This document shows positions 7,877 to 17,869 of a DNA stretch of 32,000 nt, piece by piece. A program made the translations under genes and the position numbers. Origin of the DNA: Candidatus Iainarchaeum sp. (lineage in GTDB: Archaea > Iainarchaeota > Iainarchaeia > Iainarchaeales > CSSED10-239); NCBI GenBank assembly GCA_028700115.1, contig JAQVTI010000007.1, positions 1-32,000 of the forward strand, written 5' to 3'. The notes under the pieces are model-generated. The model was given only the letters and a program-made list of their open reading frames with translations. It did not search any database and was not told the origin of the DNA. How positions within the stretch are numbered: the stretch's first letter is position 1; each line of letters starts with the position of its first letter.

Positions 7877-9371
7877 AGGAGGTGATCCGTCCGCAGGTTC
7901 CCCTACGGACACCTTGTTACAACTTAGTCTACCTCACGAAATATAGAATAACTTTAACCTTTAGTAGCTTAAAGTTCATCTACACTTCATTCAGTTGGCT
8001 TGATGGGCGGTGTGTGCAAGGCGCAGGGACATATTCACCGCGCGATAGTGACACGCGATTACTGGGGATTCCAGTTTCATGAGGGTGAGTTGCAACCCTC
8101 AATCCAGACTTGGATCAAGTTTTTGAGATTACCACCCCCTTTCGGGTTAGAGACTCTTTGTCTTGACCATTGTATGCCGCGTGTTGCCCAGAACGTTTGC
8201 ACTATACTGACCTACCTTCGCCCATTCCTTCCTCACTGTTACCAGTGCAGTCTTGTTAGAGTGCTCTTTTTTGTAAACAAAAAAGATAGCAACTAACAAT
8301 ATGGGTCTCGCCCGTTACCTGAGTTAACAGGAAGCTTCACAGTACGAGCTGACGATGGCCATACAGTAGCTCTCAGCGCATCAGGTAAGACCTTTAGCCT
8401 GACCGTCATCTTGCTGTCAGCCCTGGTAAAATATCTGGCGTTTCATCCAATTAAACCGCAGCATCCACCCCTTGTAGTGCACCCCCGCCAATTCCATTAA
8501 GTTTCAGTCTTGCGACCATACTTCCCAGGCGGCGGATTTAATGGTTTCCCTTCGGCCCTGAGTAAACTCGTAGTTTACCCAACACCTAATCCGCATCGTT
8601 TACGGCTGGGACTAACCGGGTATCTAATCCGGGTTGCGCCCCCAGCTTTCGTGTCTCACTGTCAGATCCGTTCTCGTTAAGCGCCTTCGCCACAGGTAGT
8701 CTTTCTAGTATCTTAAGATTCTACTCCTACTCTAGAAATACTCTTAACGTCTCCCGGTCTCTAGTCATGCCAGTATCTCTTGCAATTCAACAAGTTAAGC
8801 TTGCTGCTTTCACAAAAGACTTAACAAACCAGCTACACACGCTTTAAGCCAAATAATGCTGGATACCACTTGGGGATTACGTATTACCGCGGCGGCTGGC
8901 ACGCATATTGCCCTCCCCTTATTCGCATAGTTATTCACACTATACAAAAGCTTGCAAAGCAAGCACTTGGAATCTCTTTATCACGGTTTCCCGCATTGTA
9001 AAAGTTTCGTAACTGCTGCACCCCGTAGGGCTAGGGACATTATCTCAGTTCCCTTCTCCGGGCTCCCTCTCTCAAGGCCCGTACAGATCTCAGGCTTGGT
9101 AGGCAATTACCCTACCAACTACCTAATCTGACGCAGTCCCATCCTTTCGCGACTTACCAGCATGAAGGTAAGACTTTTTAAAAAACAATCATTCCAGATT
9201 TGTTTTTCTATAGAGCATTATCCTCAGTTTCCCAAGTTTTACTCTTCAAAAGGGTAGGTTGACCACGCGTTACTGAGCCGTTCGCCAAAACTTCTCATAG
9301 CTGAAGTTTTTAGACTTGCATGTCTTAGTCAGATTCCAATAGCAGTATCCACCAGCAGGATCAGCTGGAAT
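7877..9371 (-). rRNA. rrs: 16S (SSU) ribosomal RNA, archaeal type, 1495 nt
   Basis: 5' end ATTCCAGCTGATCCTGCTGGTGGA (reverse complement at 9371). 3' end ...GTAACAAGGTGTCCGTAGGGGAACCTGCGGACGGATCACCTCCT (ends at 7877). Conserved blocks GTGCCAGCCGCCGCGGTAATAC and TTGCACACACCGCCCGTCA are present in reverse complement. Confidence 0.95.
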
Positions 9372-9651
9372 TATTTTATATAATTTTGGAATTGGTTATA
9401 TAATTTTGCACACAAATTTTAGTGAATTTAAGCATATAAAATTTGTTACTTTCTAATCTTTCCACATCAGACTCAAAAAAACTTGAGACCTCATAAAAGA
9501 TTTTACCTCAAAAATAATTTCGGTAAAATTTGTCTGCTTGAAAAAAACTTCTTGCAGTAAAATAATAATTGTACCGGCAAGTTTAAAAAGGTTTTGCTTT
9601 TTTCCTCTAAAAAATTAAAAAAAGCTTTAAAAAGACAGTTTTTTAAAAAAA

Positions 9652-9804
9652 ATATAATTTAAATATAAATATTATAAAAAAAAAATATAATTTAAATATA
9701 AATATTATAAAAAAAATATAATTTAAATATAAATATTATATAAAAAAATATAATTCAAATATAAATATTATAAAAAAAAATATAATTTAAATATAAATAT
9801 TATA
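9652..9804. repeat. five tandem copies of a 25-nt unit ATATAATTTAAATATAAATATTATA separated by A-runs (period 31-33 bp), about 280-430 bp upstream of the 16S 5' end
   Basis: Unit starts at 9652, 9685, 9716, 9748 (one T>C change) and 9780. Each unit contains TTTAAATA / TTTATAT TATA-box-like strings on both strands. Confidence 0.85.
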
Positions 9805-9917
9805 TAAAAAAAATTTAAAAATAAAAAAAGTTAAGATTAAAAAAAATATTTAAATAAACTAAATTATTATATTTAAAATTAAATATATTTATTAAAAAAA
9901 AAAATAAGAAACTACAC

Positions 9918-10049
9918 CTATGATGCAGCTCTTTTTCTTAAATATCTTCTTTCTCTTTTCTTTTCTCTCATTTTCTTTTTCTTCCATTTCCATCTTTGTC
10001 TGGATTTAGTTTTTTTAAACCTACTTGAATCTTTCTTTCTTGTTCCCAT
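9918..10049 (-). CDS. rpl41e: very basic 43-aa peptide, ribosomal protein L41e-like
   Basis: Not in the ORF track (too short). ATG at 10049, TAG at 9920-9918. Translation MGTRKKDSSRFKKTKSRQRWKWKKKKMREKKRERRYLRKRAAS. The RWKWKKKKMR-x-KKR-x-RR core resembles L41e as recalled from memory. Confidence 0.5.
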   Translation of the reverse strand: MGTRKKDSSRFKKTKSRQRWKWKKKKMREKKRERRYLRKRAAS

Positions 10050-10144
10050 TAATTTTCACATTTTATAAACATTATTTTTTTATAAATATTTTTATAATAA
10101 ATATTATTTTTTAAAAATTATTTTAAAAAATAAAAGTTTATCAA

Positions 10145-10217
10145 TGCTCTGGCCGGGATTCGAACCCGAGTCACTGGCTTGAAAGGCCAGTATGATTACC
10201 AACTACACTACCAAAGC
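10145..10217 (-). tRNA. tRNA-Glu(UUC)
   Basis: Reverse complement GCTTTGGTAGTGTAGTTGGTAATCATACTGGCCTTTCAAGCCAGTGACTCGGGTTCGAATCCCGGCCAGAGCA. Anticodon stem CTGGC/GCCAG, loop CTTTCAA. T arm TCGGG-TTCGAAT-CCCGG. Confidence 0.85.
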
Positions 10218-10542
10218 ACATAAAGATAAATTGTTTTTATTTAAATATAATTAAAAACAGTATAATATAAATAAGTAACGATTTATTTATATATTCTTTG
10301 TTTTTTTACTATATAATTATTACAACTATATAACTATGATAAAATAAATATATAAATATATTTATTTTTAAATAAACATAATCAAAAAAAATAAATTTTT
10401 TAAAATATAAAAATATTCTAAAAAAAGATACTATTTAAAAAGTTTTATTAATATCTTTATATATATAATATTAACTAATTTAAAAAAAATAGTTGTAAAA
10501 AAATAAAATAAAAAAATAATATTTATTTAAAGGTGGATTAAT

Positions 10543-10695
10543 ATGGATAATGCAGCAAAAGAAAGAAGATTAAAAAATATATGGGTATGTATGGCTTGTA
10601 ATAACACTATGAGATCTTCAAAAAAACCAGAAGCATGTAAAAAATGTGGTTCTACAAGAATAAGAGCTAAAAAGAAAGGAAAGAATGTTAAATAA
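10543..10695 (+). CDS. rpl40e: ribosomal protein L40e (50 aa, C4 zinc ribbon)
   Basis: Not in the ORF track. AGGTGG Shine-Dalgarno at 10531-10536. Translation MDNAAKERRLKNIWVCMACNNTMRSSKKPEACKKCGSTRIRAKKKGKNVK, with the pattern C-x-x-C...C-x-x-C-G...R-x-K typical of L40e. Confidence 0.7.
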   Translation: MDNAAKERRLKNIWVCMACNNTMRSSKKPEACKKCGSTRIRAKKKGKNVK

Positions 10696-10723
10696 TTTTA
10701 TAAATTAATAATAAATAAAAAAG

Positions 10724-11767
10724 TTAAAACCATTTTGATAAACTTTTTTGTTTTTCTTTTTCTTCTTTTTCTATAATAAATTTATTTAAAGTATTATTAA
10801 TTCTTTCTTCAGAAAAATTAGCTTTATCAATTAATATATTTCTAATTTTATTTTCATCAAATTTACCTTTTATAATTTCTGGATTTTTATTAATATTTGG
10901 ATTTAAAAAAATATCCTGTATCTCTTTATAATCAAATGAAACATTTTTATTTTTTGATTTTAAATAAGAATTAATATCTTCAAAAGAATTATATTCTTTA
11001 ACAATTTTTAAAGCAGTTTTTGGACCTATTCCTTCTACTTTATCATTAAAATCTGTACCAATTAAAATAGACAACCAAATTAATTTTTCTCTAGAAATAT
11101 TTAATTTCTCAAAAAGTTCTTTAGAATATATAATTTCTGGTTGTATATCTATATATATATTTTTATAAGGAATTTTTTTTTTCCCAGAAACAGTTAAATT
11201 TCTCAAAAGATTTGGGGAGTTAAAAAGAAGAGAATCATAATCTTGAGATACTGTGTAATCTAAAATTCCTTTAGAAGTCATATATGATATTTGAGCTTCA
11301 GCCTCTGATGGAGCATCAATATATGAAACCCCCATTGCTAATAATAATTCTTTAGATTCATTAATTATTTTTTTATTTAAAGAAACAATTTGTCTAGAAA
11401 ATTTAAAAATATCAGGCATATTTCCATCAATAGTTGCCTGTTCTAATTTTTCTTTTGCTTTTTCTTTTAAATTTTGCCTTCTATCTTTAGTTTTTTGCTT
11501 TAAATAATTACTTTTACCATCAAAAACAAAATATAAGTCTATATTATTTGTCATCAAGTTTAAAAGTCTATAAAAAAGACCATTTAAATGCGAGGTAACT
11601 TCTCCATTTAAATTTTTTAAAGGTTCCCCATCTATACCTCTAATACTTGTTAAAAATTGATAAAGAATATTATATGAATCAAAACCAAATTTTTTTAATT
11701 TAAATTCTTTTGTTAATTTAAATTCTTGTTTATATTCTTTTATTAAAGAACCAATTGCTACTCCCAT
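10724..11767 (-). CDS. fen: flap endonuclease 1 (FEN-1)
   Basis: N-terminus MGVAIGSLI...FGFDSYNILYQFLTSIRGIDGEPLKN..GEVTSHLNGLFYR...YFVFDGK. I-domain ...APSEAEAQISYM... H3TH ...LIGTDFN..VEGIGPKTALKIV. All are classic XPG/FEN-1 blocks. Confidence 0.93.
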   Translation of the reverse strand: MGVAIGSLIKEYKQEFKLTKEFKLKKFGFDSYNILYQFLTSIRGIDGEPLKNLNGEVTSHLNGLFYRLLNLMTNNIDLYFVFDGKSNYLKQKTKDRRQNLKEKAKEKLEQATIDGNMPDIFKFSRQIVSLNKKIINESKELLLAMGVSYIDAPSEAEAQISYMTSKGILDYTVSQDYDSLLFNSPNLLRNLTVSGKKKIPYKNIYIDIQPEIIYSKELFEKLNISREKLIWLSILIGTDFNDKVEGIGPKTALKIVKEYNSFEDINSYLKSKNKNVSFDYKEIQDIFLNPNINKNPEIIKGKFDENKIRNILIDKANFSEERINNTLNKFIIEKEEKEKQKSLSKWF

Positions 11768-11872
11768 TCATTATCACATAAAATATTAATTAGAAAAGAT
11801 ATATAAATGTTTTTTTACATTATATTATTATAAAGTAATCTTTTTTTGTTATTAAAAAAAGAAATATATCAT

Positions 11873-11944
11873 GCATCCGTAGTATAGCGGTTAGTATGTG
11901 AGCCTTCCAAGCTTAGGACTCGGGTTCGATTCCCGACGGATGCA
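11873..11944 (+). tRNA. tRNA-Gly(UCC)
   Basis: GCATCCGTAGTATAGCGGTTAGTATGTGAGCCTTCCAAGCTTAGGACTCGGGTTCGATTCCCGACGGATGCA. Anticodon loop CTTCCAA. Acceptor GCATCCG/CGGATGC. Confidence 0.9.
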
Positions 11945-11971
11945 CTTTTAACTTATTTTTTAAATATACTA

Positions 11972-12589
11972 CTAGTTTATATCTTTTAAGAAATCATAAA
12001 ATTCAAATCTATTTAAAATTTCTAAAATTGTTAAATAATTATTTAATCTATTGCCTTCTATAAAATATTTATCTATATTTTTATAAAAAGTATTATTTAT
12101 GCTTTTACTATCTTTTAAAATATTATTTCCAGAAAGAATATTTCTCAAATAAATTTTACTATATTCTTTTGAGCTAAAAACTTTTGGAGCAGAAAAATAA
12201 AGACCTATATAAAAATTAATTTCCTTTAATTTATTTTTATCTATTAATCTATCTTTTTGAGCAATAGACAACTTATTTATTAATGAAAATATCTCTTTAT
12301 CTTGCTTACTTTCAAATTTATCAAATATATTATCTTTTTTTAAATTTGCAATTTTTCTTTTTTCTAAAAGTTTATTTATTTTTTCTTTAGAAACAGAATC
12401 TTCAAATTTTTTTTTAAAAAGGTCATAAAGATTATATAAATTATCTAATAATTTTTCTTCTTTTACAGTTAAATTTAATTTATTTGCAAGTTTTAAAAAT
12501 TGTATTGCTTTTTCTTTAGTTTCATATTTTGGATTTTTTAAAGAATATTTTTCAATTTTTTCTATTTTTAAATTTTTTTTTTTAGGCAT
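11972..12589 (-). CDS. hypothetical protein (Lys/Glu-rich, predicted helical)
   Basis: 205-aa ORF with an ATG start. No motif recognised. Confidence 0.5.
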   Translation of the reverse strand: MPKKKNLKIEKIEKYSLKNPKYETKEKAIQFLKLANKLNLTVKEEKLLDNLYNLYDLFKKKFEDSVSKEKINKLLEKRKIANLKKDNIFDKFESKQDKEIFSLINKLSIAQKDRLIDKNKLKEINFYIGLYFSAPKVFSSKEYSKIYLRNILSGNNILKDSKSINNTFYKNIDKYFIEGNRLNNYLTILEILNRFEFYDFLKDIN

Positions 12590-12679
12590 ATTTTTTCAAA
12601 TTTTATATAATTTATAAATATAATAATATTATAATTATATAATTTAATAAATAGATTGTTTTAATATTTATTAAAAAAA

Positions 12680-14068
12680 TCAAAAAAAATAAGGAAGAAT
12701 ATTTAAAATTAATAATAATATTAAAATAATCCCAAAAAAAGTTCCAATTATTTTTTTTCTTTTTTCAATTTTTCTTTTTTTAGATAAATATTCAGAAAAA
12801 ATTACTTTAGACATACCCCCACCATCAAAAGGATGTGTTGGTAAATAATTTACTGTTGCAATAATAAAATTTAATAATGCGCTCCATAATAAAACATTAT
12901 ATATAGTTTTAAAAATATAATATTTTTTAGGAATAATATAATTTGGATCAGAAACAACTCCTACAGAAAAACCAACTCTTCCCATTTCATTAGGTCTTAA
13001 ATAAATTGTTTCTAAAATATTTGTATCTTTTGACATAATAATATATTTATTATCATAATCTAATTTTGTAGCATTAAGCAGATCATTTCTATTTCTAATA
13101 TTAATATCATTAACAGAAATAATTACATCATTTACATCAAAAACACCATATGCAGGAGAATTATAACTAGTACCACAAATAGATGTTTCTTTTTCTACAG
13201 AATAAACATAAACAAGATCATCTTTTTCAATAGCAATGGAATTAGATAAATTTGTCATAGTTGGTGCAAATGCCAGAAATAATAAAAAAAATATAATAGC
13301 TAAAATAACATTACTCATAGGTCCAGCAGAATACATTCTTAAAAGATCTCTATCTTTAATTTTTTTTAATTGCTTTTCATCAGGTTCTACAAATGCACCT
13401 AATGGTAAAATCCCTGCTAAAATAACTCCTATAGATTTTATTTTTAACTTTAAAGATCTTAATATAGCACCATGTGAAAATTCATGAATAACTGCTGAAA
13501 AAATTAAAATTATCCAACCATACCATGGAATAAATATATCTACTTTAGGCATTTTAACCCCAGGAATAACAAGTCCTATTCCAGGACATGCATTTGCTAC
13601 TGTTCCTAGGAATAATTTAATTATAATATCATATGCAGAAAAAATTAAAGAACCTAAAGTAAATCCAGAAAGCCCCATAACCCCTGTAAGAATTATTAAA
13701 AAATATATAAATCCTTTTGAAATTAATGGATTATTTAAAAATAAACCTTTTGTTGAAAAATAAGAAATAATTATAAAAACAATAGAAGATATTAAAAATA
13801 ATAAAACTCTTTTCCAAACTTTTTTTAATTTATTTTTAGAAACATAATCTAAACCAAATGCCCCAAAACCAATAACTAATCCAATATCTGAAAAAACATA
13901 TAATATTTTTTTGTTTTTTGCAATTTTATCTAAAAATTTAATAAATTTATTAGTTTTAAGTAATATTAATACACCTAAATAAATTTCTTTTTTAAAAAAA
14001 ACTTTTGCAAATTTAGATGTAAAAAGCAATATTAAAATAATTAATAAAATTAATAAAAATGAGTTCAT
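12680..14068 (-). CDS. site-2 protease family (peptidase M50) intramembrane metalloprotease with an inserted PDZ-like region
   Basis: HEFSHG (HExxH) in a TM segment and the second metal-ligand motif NYLPTHPFDGG near the C-terminus. Multiple TM helices. The soluble insert between them has a PDZ-like position. Confidence 0.85.
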   Translation of the reverse strand: MNSFLLILLIILILLFTSKFAKVFFKKEIYLGVLILLKTNKFIKFLDKIAKNKKILYVFSDIGLVIGFGAFGLDYVSKNKLKKVWKRVLLFLISSIVFIIISYFSTKGLFLNNPLISKGFIYFLIILTGVMGLSGFTLGSLIFSAYDIIIKLFLGTVANACPGIGLVIPGVKMPKVDIFIPWYGWIILIFSAVIHEFSHGAILRSLKLKIKSIGVILAGILPLGAFVEPDEKQLKKIKDRDLLRMYSAGPMSNVILAIIFFLLFLAFAPTMTNLSNSIAIEKDDLVYVYSVEKETSICGTSYNSPAYGVFDVNDVIISVNDINIRNRNDLLNATKLDYDNKYIIMSKDTNILETIYLRPNEMGRVGFSVGVVSDPNYIIPKKYYIFKTIYNVLLWSALLNFIIATVNYLPTHPFDGGGMSKVIFSEYLSKKRKIEKRKKIIGTFFGIILILLLILNILPYFF

Positions 14069-14166
14069 ATTTTCTCTTTATAATATATTCAATATAAAAT
14101 AAAATATAAAAGGAAATATAAAGCTTTTGGAAAAAATTATTTTTAAAATTTATAATAAAAATAAAT

Positions 14167-15732
14167 TTATAACCATCCAAAAAGCATTAAAAGACCTAAT
14201 AATAATATAATTGCACCTGCAACTAAATGGAAATATCTTATATTCTTTTGTTTCCATTCTCCAATATCTTGAATCTTACTTATCCCAAAATAAACTATTA
14301 AAGTTATAATAATCATTGGAATAATAAATATAAGATTATATAATAATAACAAAGGAATAGACTTTAAAATATCAATTAAAGCAAGAGAATTAGTTGCAAC
14401 AACATAAGGTCCAATTGTACAAGGTAAAAGAAAAACAGTAACAAAAAGACCTACTACAAAAGCACCAATCGGAGAAGTTGCTTTTTTAATTAATTTTTGT
14501 ACTTTTGGTCTTAACCCCATAGGCATTTCAGTACCTATAGTCCCAGGTTTATAATTAAAGAAGTCTTTAATTTGTAAAACTCCTAAAATAATTGCAATAA
14601 TTGCAAAAACTTTATATGCAATAATAGATGTTGCACCAGAAAATGATTTAAATAAAGAAATAAAAATTAAGCCATATAAAAAATACATAATAAATATAGA
14701 TAAAGTAAATAAAAGACCTGATTTTAAAATTTTATTTTTATTATTAGAACTATAAGTTGTAATAGTTAATAAAAGCATTAATAAAACAGCAAAAGCACAA
14801 GGATTTACAGCATCTGTTAATGCAAGAGTAACAACTTTAAAAACACTTAATTTATCTTTATTTACTTTATTTGCTAAAATTGTAGAATTATCTAAAACTT
14901 CATTACATTCTTTTTCAACAACACTACATTCTCCATTAAAATAAAATTTATAACCATCAAATTCAACAGCTTGATCAAAAGATTGTATAGCTCCTGAAAG
15001 TGGGATATAATTTTCATTAATACTAATAAAATTAATATCTTTTAAAATTAAAGAAACATCTTCTAAAGATAATAAATTATGTAAAATATCATTAGAAATA
15101 ATAGAAGAACTTGAAACTTTTTCTAAAGCTCTATCTTTTTTCCAAACTACAAAATTACCTTTTAATTTATTTAAATTAATATCAGAAAAATAAGTTGAAC
15201 CATTTTCATAAACTGAAAAAGGTAAAGGGCATTTATTATCTGTAATAAAATTTAAATTATTATCTATAAAATTATCAATTATAGAAGTATAATAAAATAT
15301 ATTTTCTTTATTCAAAACTAAAAAAGGAATAGTTGTTCCAGAATCATATAAATCATCATAATCTAAAGCAAAAATAGTATTTTGTCTTTTTTGTTTAACT
15401 TCATATTCTATAATTACCAAATTAGGATTTTCTTTTAAGCCTTCTTTTAATAAAACAGGATCAATCTTTGCACAATGAGGGCAACCTATTCCTGTAATAT
15501 ATACCCCACAAACTTCTTTATTATAATTTATAGAATTATTTCCATTTAAATCAGAATTTTCTAAATTATTATTTAAAAAATCCATACTAAAAATATTATC
15601 TGAAGAATCAATTTCACAAAGATTTTCTCCAGTATTTATATCTAAACAATCATCAGCAAATATAAATGTAGAAAAAAACAAACTTAAAACAACTAATATA
15701 AACAAAAATAAAATACTTTTATAATTTTTCAT
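14167..15732 (-). CDS. fusion of an extracytoplasmic thioredoxin-like domain (CPHC) with a CcdA/DsbD-type thiol-disulfide transporter membrane domain
   Basis: Signal/anchor at the N-terminus. GIGCPHCAKIDP is a CxxC thioredoxin motif. The C-terminal 6-TM region has the two conserved Cys contexts TDAVNPCAFAV and LLPCTIGPY typical of CcdA/DsbD-beta. Confidence 0.75.
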   Translation of the reverse strand: MKNYKSILFLFILVVLSLFFSTFIFADDCLDINTGENLCEIDSSDNIFSMDFLNNNLENSDLNGNNSINYNKEVCGVYITGIGCPHCAKIDPVLLKEGLKENPNLVIIEYEVKQKRQNTIFALDYDDLYDSGTTIPFLVLNKENIFYYTSIIDNFIDNNLNFITDNKCPLPFSVYENGSTYFSDINLNKLKGNFVVWKKDRALEKVSSSSIISNDILHNLLSLEDVSLILKDINFISINENYIPLSGAIQSFDQAVEFDGYKFYFNGECSVVEKECNEVLDNSTILANKVNKDKLSVFKVVTLALTDAVNPCAFAVLLMLLLTITTYSSNNKNKILKSGLLFTLSIFIMYFLYGLIFISLFKSFSGATSIIAYKVFAIIAIILGVLQIKDFFNYKPGTIGTEMPMGLRPKVQKLIKKATSPIGAFVVGLFVTVFLLPCTIGPYVVATNSLALIDILKSIPLLLLYNLIFIIPMIIITLIVYFGISKIQDIGEWKQKNIRYFHLVAGAIILLLGLLMLFGWL

Positions 15733-15958
15733 AAAAAAACCTTCTTAAAATATATTATAAAAAATCTTTTTAAAATATATTATTAAAACTTTAAAACATT
15801 TAAATAATTTCTTAAAAAATAAATTAAAAAAACCTATTATATAAATAAATATATAATTATATTTTTAAATATATTCTTACTAGCTTAAAAATTTTAAAAA
15901 TATAATTATATAATTTAATTTCAAAAAAAATTAAAAAATAATATAAAATTATATAAAA

Positions 15959-16906
15959 CTAAAATTTAATTTTATAAGCACAAATCTTATAAACAAGTTT
16001 TGCAAGAGTATAGCTTTCTGAAAAATAATCTTTTTTTTCTCCATTTGGGGCAAATTCTACTAAATCTAAAGCAATTACATTTTTTCTTTTAAAAATTTTT
16101 TCTAGAAAAAAATTAATTTGATTCCAATTAAATCCACCTGGTTCGGGTGTATTTGTATATTTAATTATAGAAGGATCAAAAAAATCTACATCAATTGAAA
16201 TAAATACATGTTTTGGAAGTTTTTTTAAATACAAATCTAAAAATTTAGGATTTTTAAATAAATCTTTTGCATAAACTATATTAATATTTTTTCCATCTTT
16301 TGATTCTAAAAACATATGTTCATAAAAATCTTGAGATCTTACTCCAAAAATTACAGTTTCATGCTTTTTTGAAATAATTCTAGAAGTACATGCATGAAGC
16401 CAAGTATCTTCGCCCCAAGGTTCCCTTAAATCAGAATGAGCATCAAAAACAATTATCCCAAAATCAAGGTGTTTCTGTTCTAAAAAAGATACTACAGAAA
16501 TAGTTGTTGAATGATCTGAACCTAAAAAAATATTAAATTTATCTAAAGAAACATTTTTAGATAATGTGTCCAACATACTCTGTAAATCTAATATATAATT
16601 ATTATGTTTCTGGAAGTTAAAAAAAGGATAAGTATATATTCCATAAAGATATGGTTCAAAATTTAATTCACAATCAAAATATTCTAATTCATATGAAGCT
16701 TTTAATATTTCTAAAGGACCTTTTTCAGCCCCAGAACCAACAGTTACTTTTCCTTTATATTTTATAGGAATAATATTTATCATTGAATCTTTTTTAGAAC
16801 AATATTTTTTTGGAAGATTTAAAAATATAATATTTTTATTTAAAAAATTATCATTTATATTTTTATTTTTTTTAATAATTTTTAAAGTTTTATTTTTTAG
16901 AACCAT
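15959..16906 (-). CDS. speB: agmatinase / ureohydrolase (arginase family)
   Basis: Mn-binding signature blocks LGSDHSTT, VFDAHSDLR and SIDVDFFDPS, followed by EPGGF. Confidence 0.85.
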   Translation of the reverse strand: MVLKNKTLKIIKKNKNINDNFLNKNIIFLNLPKKYCSKKDSMINIIPIKYKGKVTVGSGAEKGPLEILKASYELEYFDCELNFEPYLYGIYTYPFFNFQKHNNYILDLQSMLDTLSKNVSLDKFNIFLGSDHSTTISVVSFLEQKHLDFGIIVFDAHSDLREPWGEDTWLHACTSRIISKKHETVIFGVRSQDFYEHMFLESKDGKNINIVYAKDLFKNPKFLDLYLKKLPKHVFISIDVDFFDPSIIKYTNTPEPGGFNWNQINFFLEKIFKRKNVIALDLVEFAPNGEKKDYFSESYTLAKLVYKICAYKIKF

Positions 16907-16929
16907 ATATATTTATATTTACAATAGAT

Positions 16930-17868
16930 TTATAACTTTAATTTATTAAAAAAATTAATAGATTGAGTTATATTTTCAGAAAAGGATTCATTAAAACCAG
17001 GATCTATTAAATAAATTTTTTTAGTATTAATATTTATTAATACATTTTTAGGTAAAATATCAAATATATAATTATTATAAAAAGAATCTTTATTTTTAAA
17101 ATATATATTTAAATTATATTTGACATTTTCAAAAATATTTTCTAAATCTTTTGAAATTTTATTAAATTCTGTTGAATTTATAATTTGTTTAGTTTTATTA
17201 TATTCACTTATATAAAAACTTTTTAAATTTTGTAAATTACTATAATCTAAACAAATAAAATTAATAGCTTTATTTTTAAAAATCTTAAAATAATTTGATG
17301 AAAAATATGCTAATTTTGGGGAAATAATATTTATTCCTTGACGTTCTAATAATTTTAATGCAACAAATTCTTCAAAACTTGGTAATTTATAATTATTTCC
17401 TTGTTTAATATAAAATTTATGTATTTTATTTAATTTATCTTTAATTATTAAAAAAAATGAATTCTTTGTATTTAATGAATCTTCTTTTAACTTATTTTTA
17501 TAAGACATATTATATTTTGAAATTAAATAATTCCCTTTTGGATCTTTTATTTTTTTTAAAGAAGGATCTTTAATTAATTTTAAAAAAGAAGAAATTATAC
17601 CTTTATTTTCTGAAAGTAATTTCTTAAAAGATAAATCATATGCTAATGCTTTTATTGCATGTCCTTTTGCATAATAATCTTTTTTAATTTTTTTTTCATA
17701 AATATAAGCATTATATTTTAAATTAAGATTATTAAATTCTTTTGAATAATATATTCTTTTTAAATCTAATTCATTAGGTAGATTAACAAAACTTATTAAT
17801 TTAGTATTTCTTTTTTTAATTGTTTCTTTAATAATTTTATTTTTTCTAAATAAATTCATTATAATCAT
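16930..17868 (-). CDS. uncharacterised protein, possible minimal protein-kinase-like fold (paralog B of a tandem pair)
   Basis: 312 aa. Kinase-fold call rests on weak motifs. KFYIKQ would be the beta3 Lys and SFEEF the alphaC Glu. NFICLDYSNL would be the hinge. FDILPKNVLININTKKIYLIDPGF would be a D-x-x-x-x-N catalytic-loop-like motif plus an xID- DFG-like motif. About 45 percent identical by eye to 17870..18787. The start is 1 nt after the stop of the upstream paralog. Confidence 0.6.
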   Translation of the reverse strand: MIIMNLFRKNKIIKETIKKRNTKLISFVNLPNELDLKRIYYSKEFNNLNLKYNAYIYEKKIKKDYYAKGHAIKALAYDLSFKKLLSENKGIISSFLKLIKDPSLKKIKDPKGNYLISKYNMSYKNKLKEDSLNTKNSFFLIIKDKLNKIHKFYIKQGNNYKLPSFEEFVALKLLERQGINIISPKLAYFSSNYFKIFKNKAINFICLDYSNLQNLKSFYISEYNKTKQIINSTEFNKISKDLENIFENVKYNLNIYFKNKDSFYNNYIFDILPKNVLININTKKIYLIDPGFNESFSENITQSINFFNKLKL

Positions 17869-17869
17869 T

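Noticed and set aside
7882-8296. Plus-strand ORFs 7882..8082 and 8000..8296 from the ORF track
   Set aside because: They lie entirely inside the 16S rRNA gene on the opposite strand. They are open only because of the higher GC there and are not coding.
9652-9804. Possible CRISPR array (regular ~32-bp period)
   Set aside because: There are no unique spacers. The sequence between units is only A-runs of 6-9 nt, the unit is pure AT, and no cas genes lie nearby. It is a simple tandem repeat upstream of the rRNA gene.
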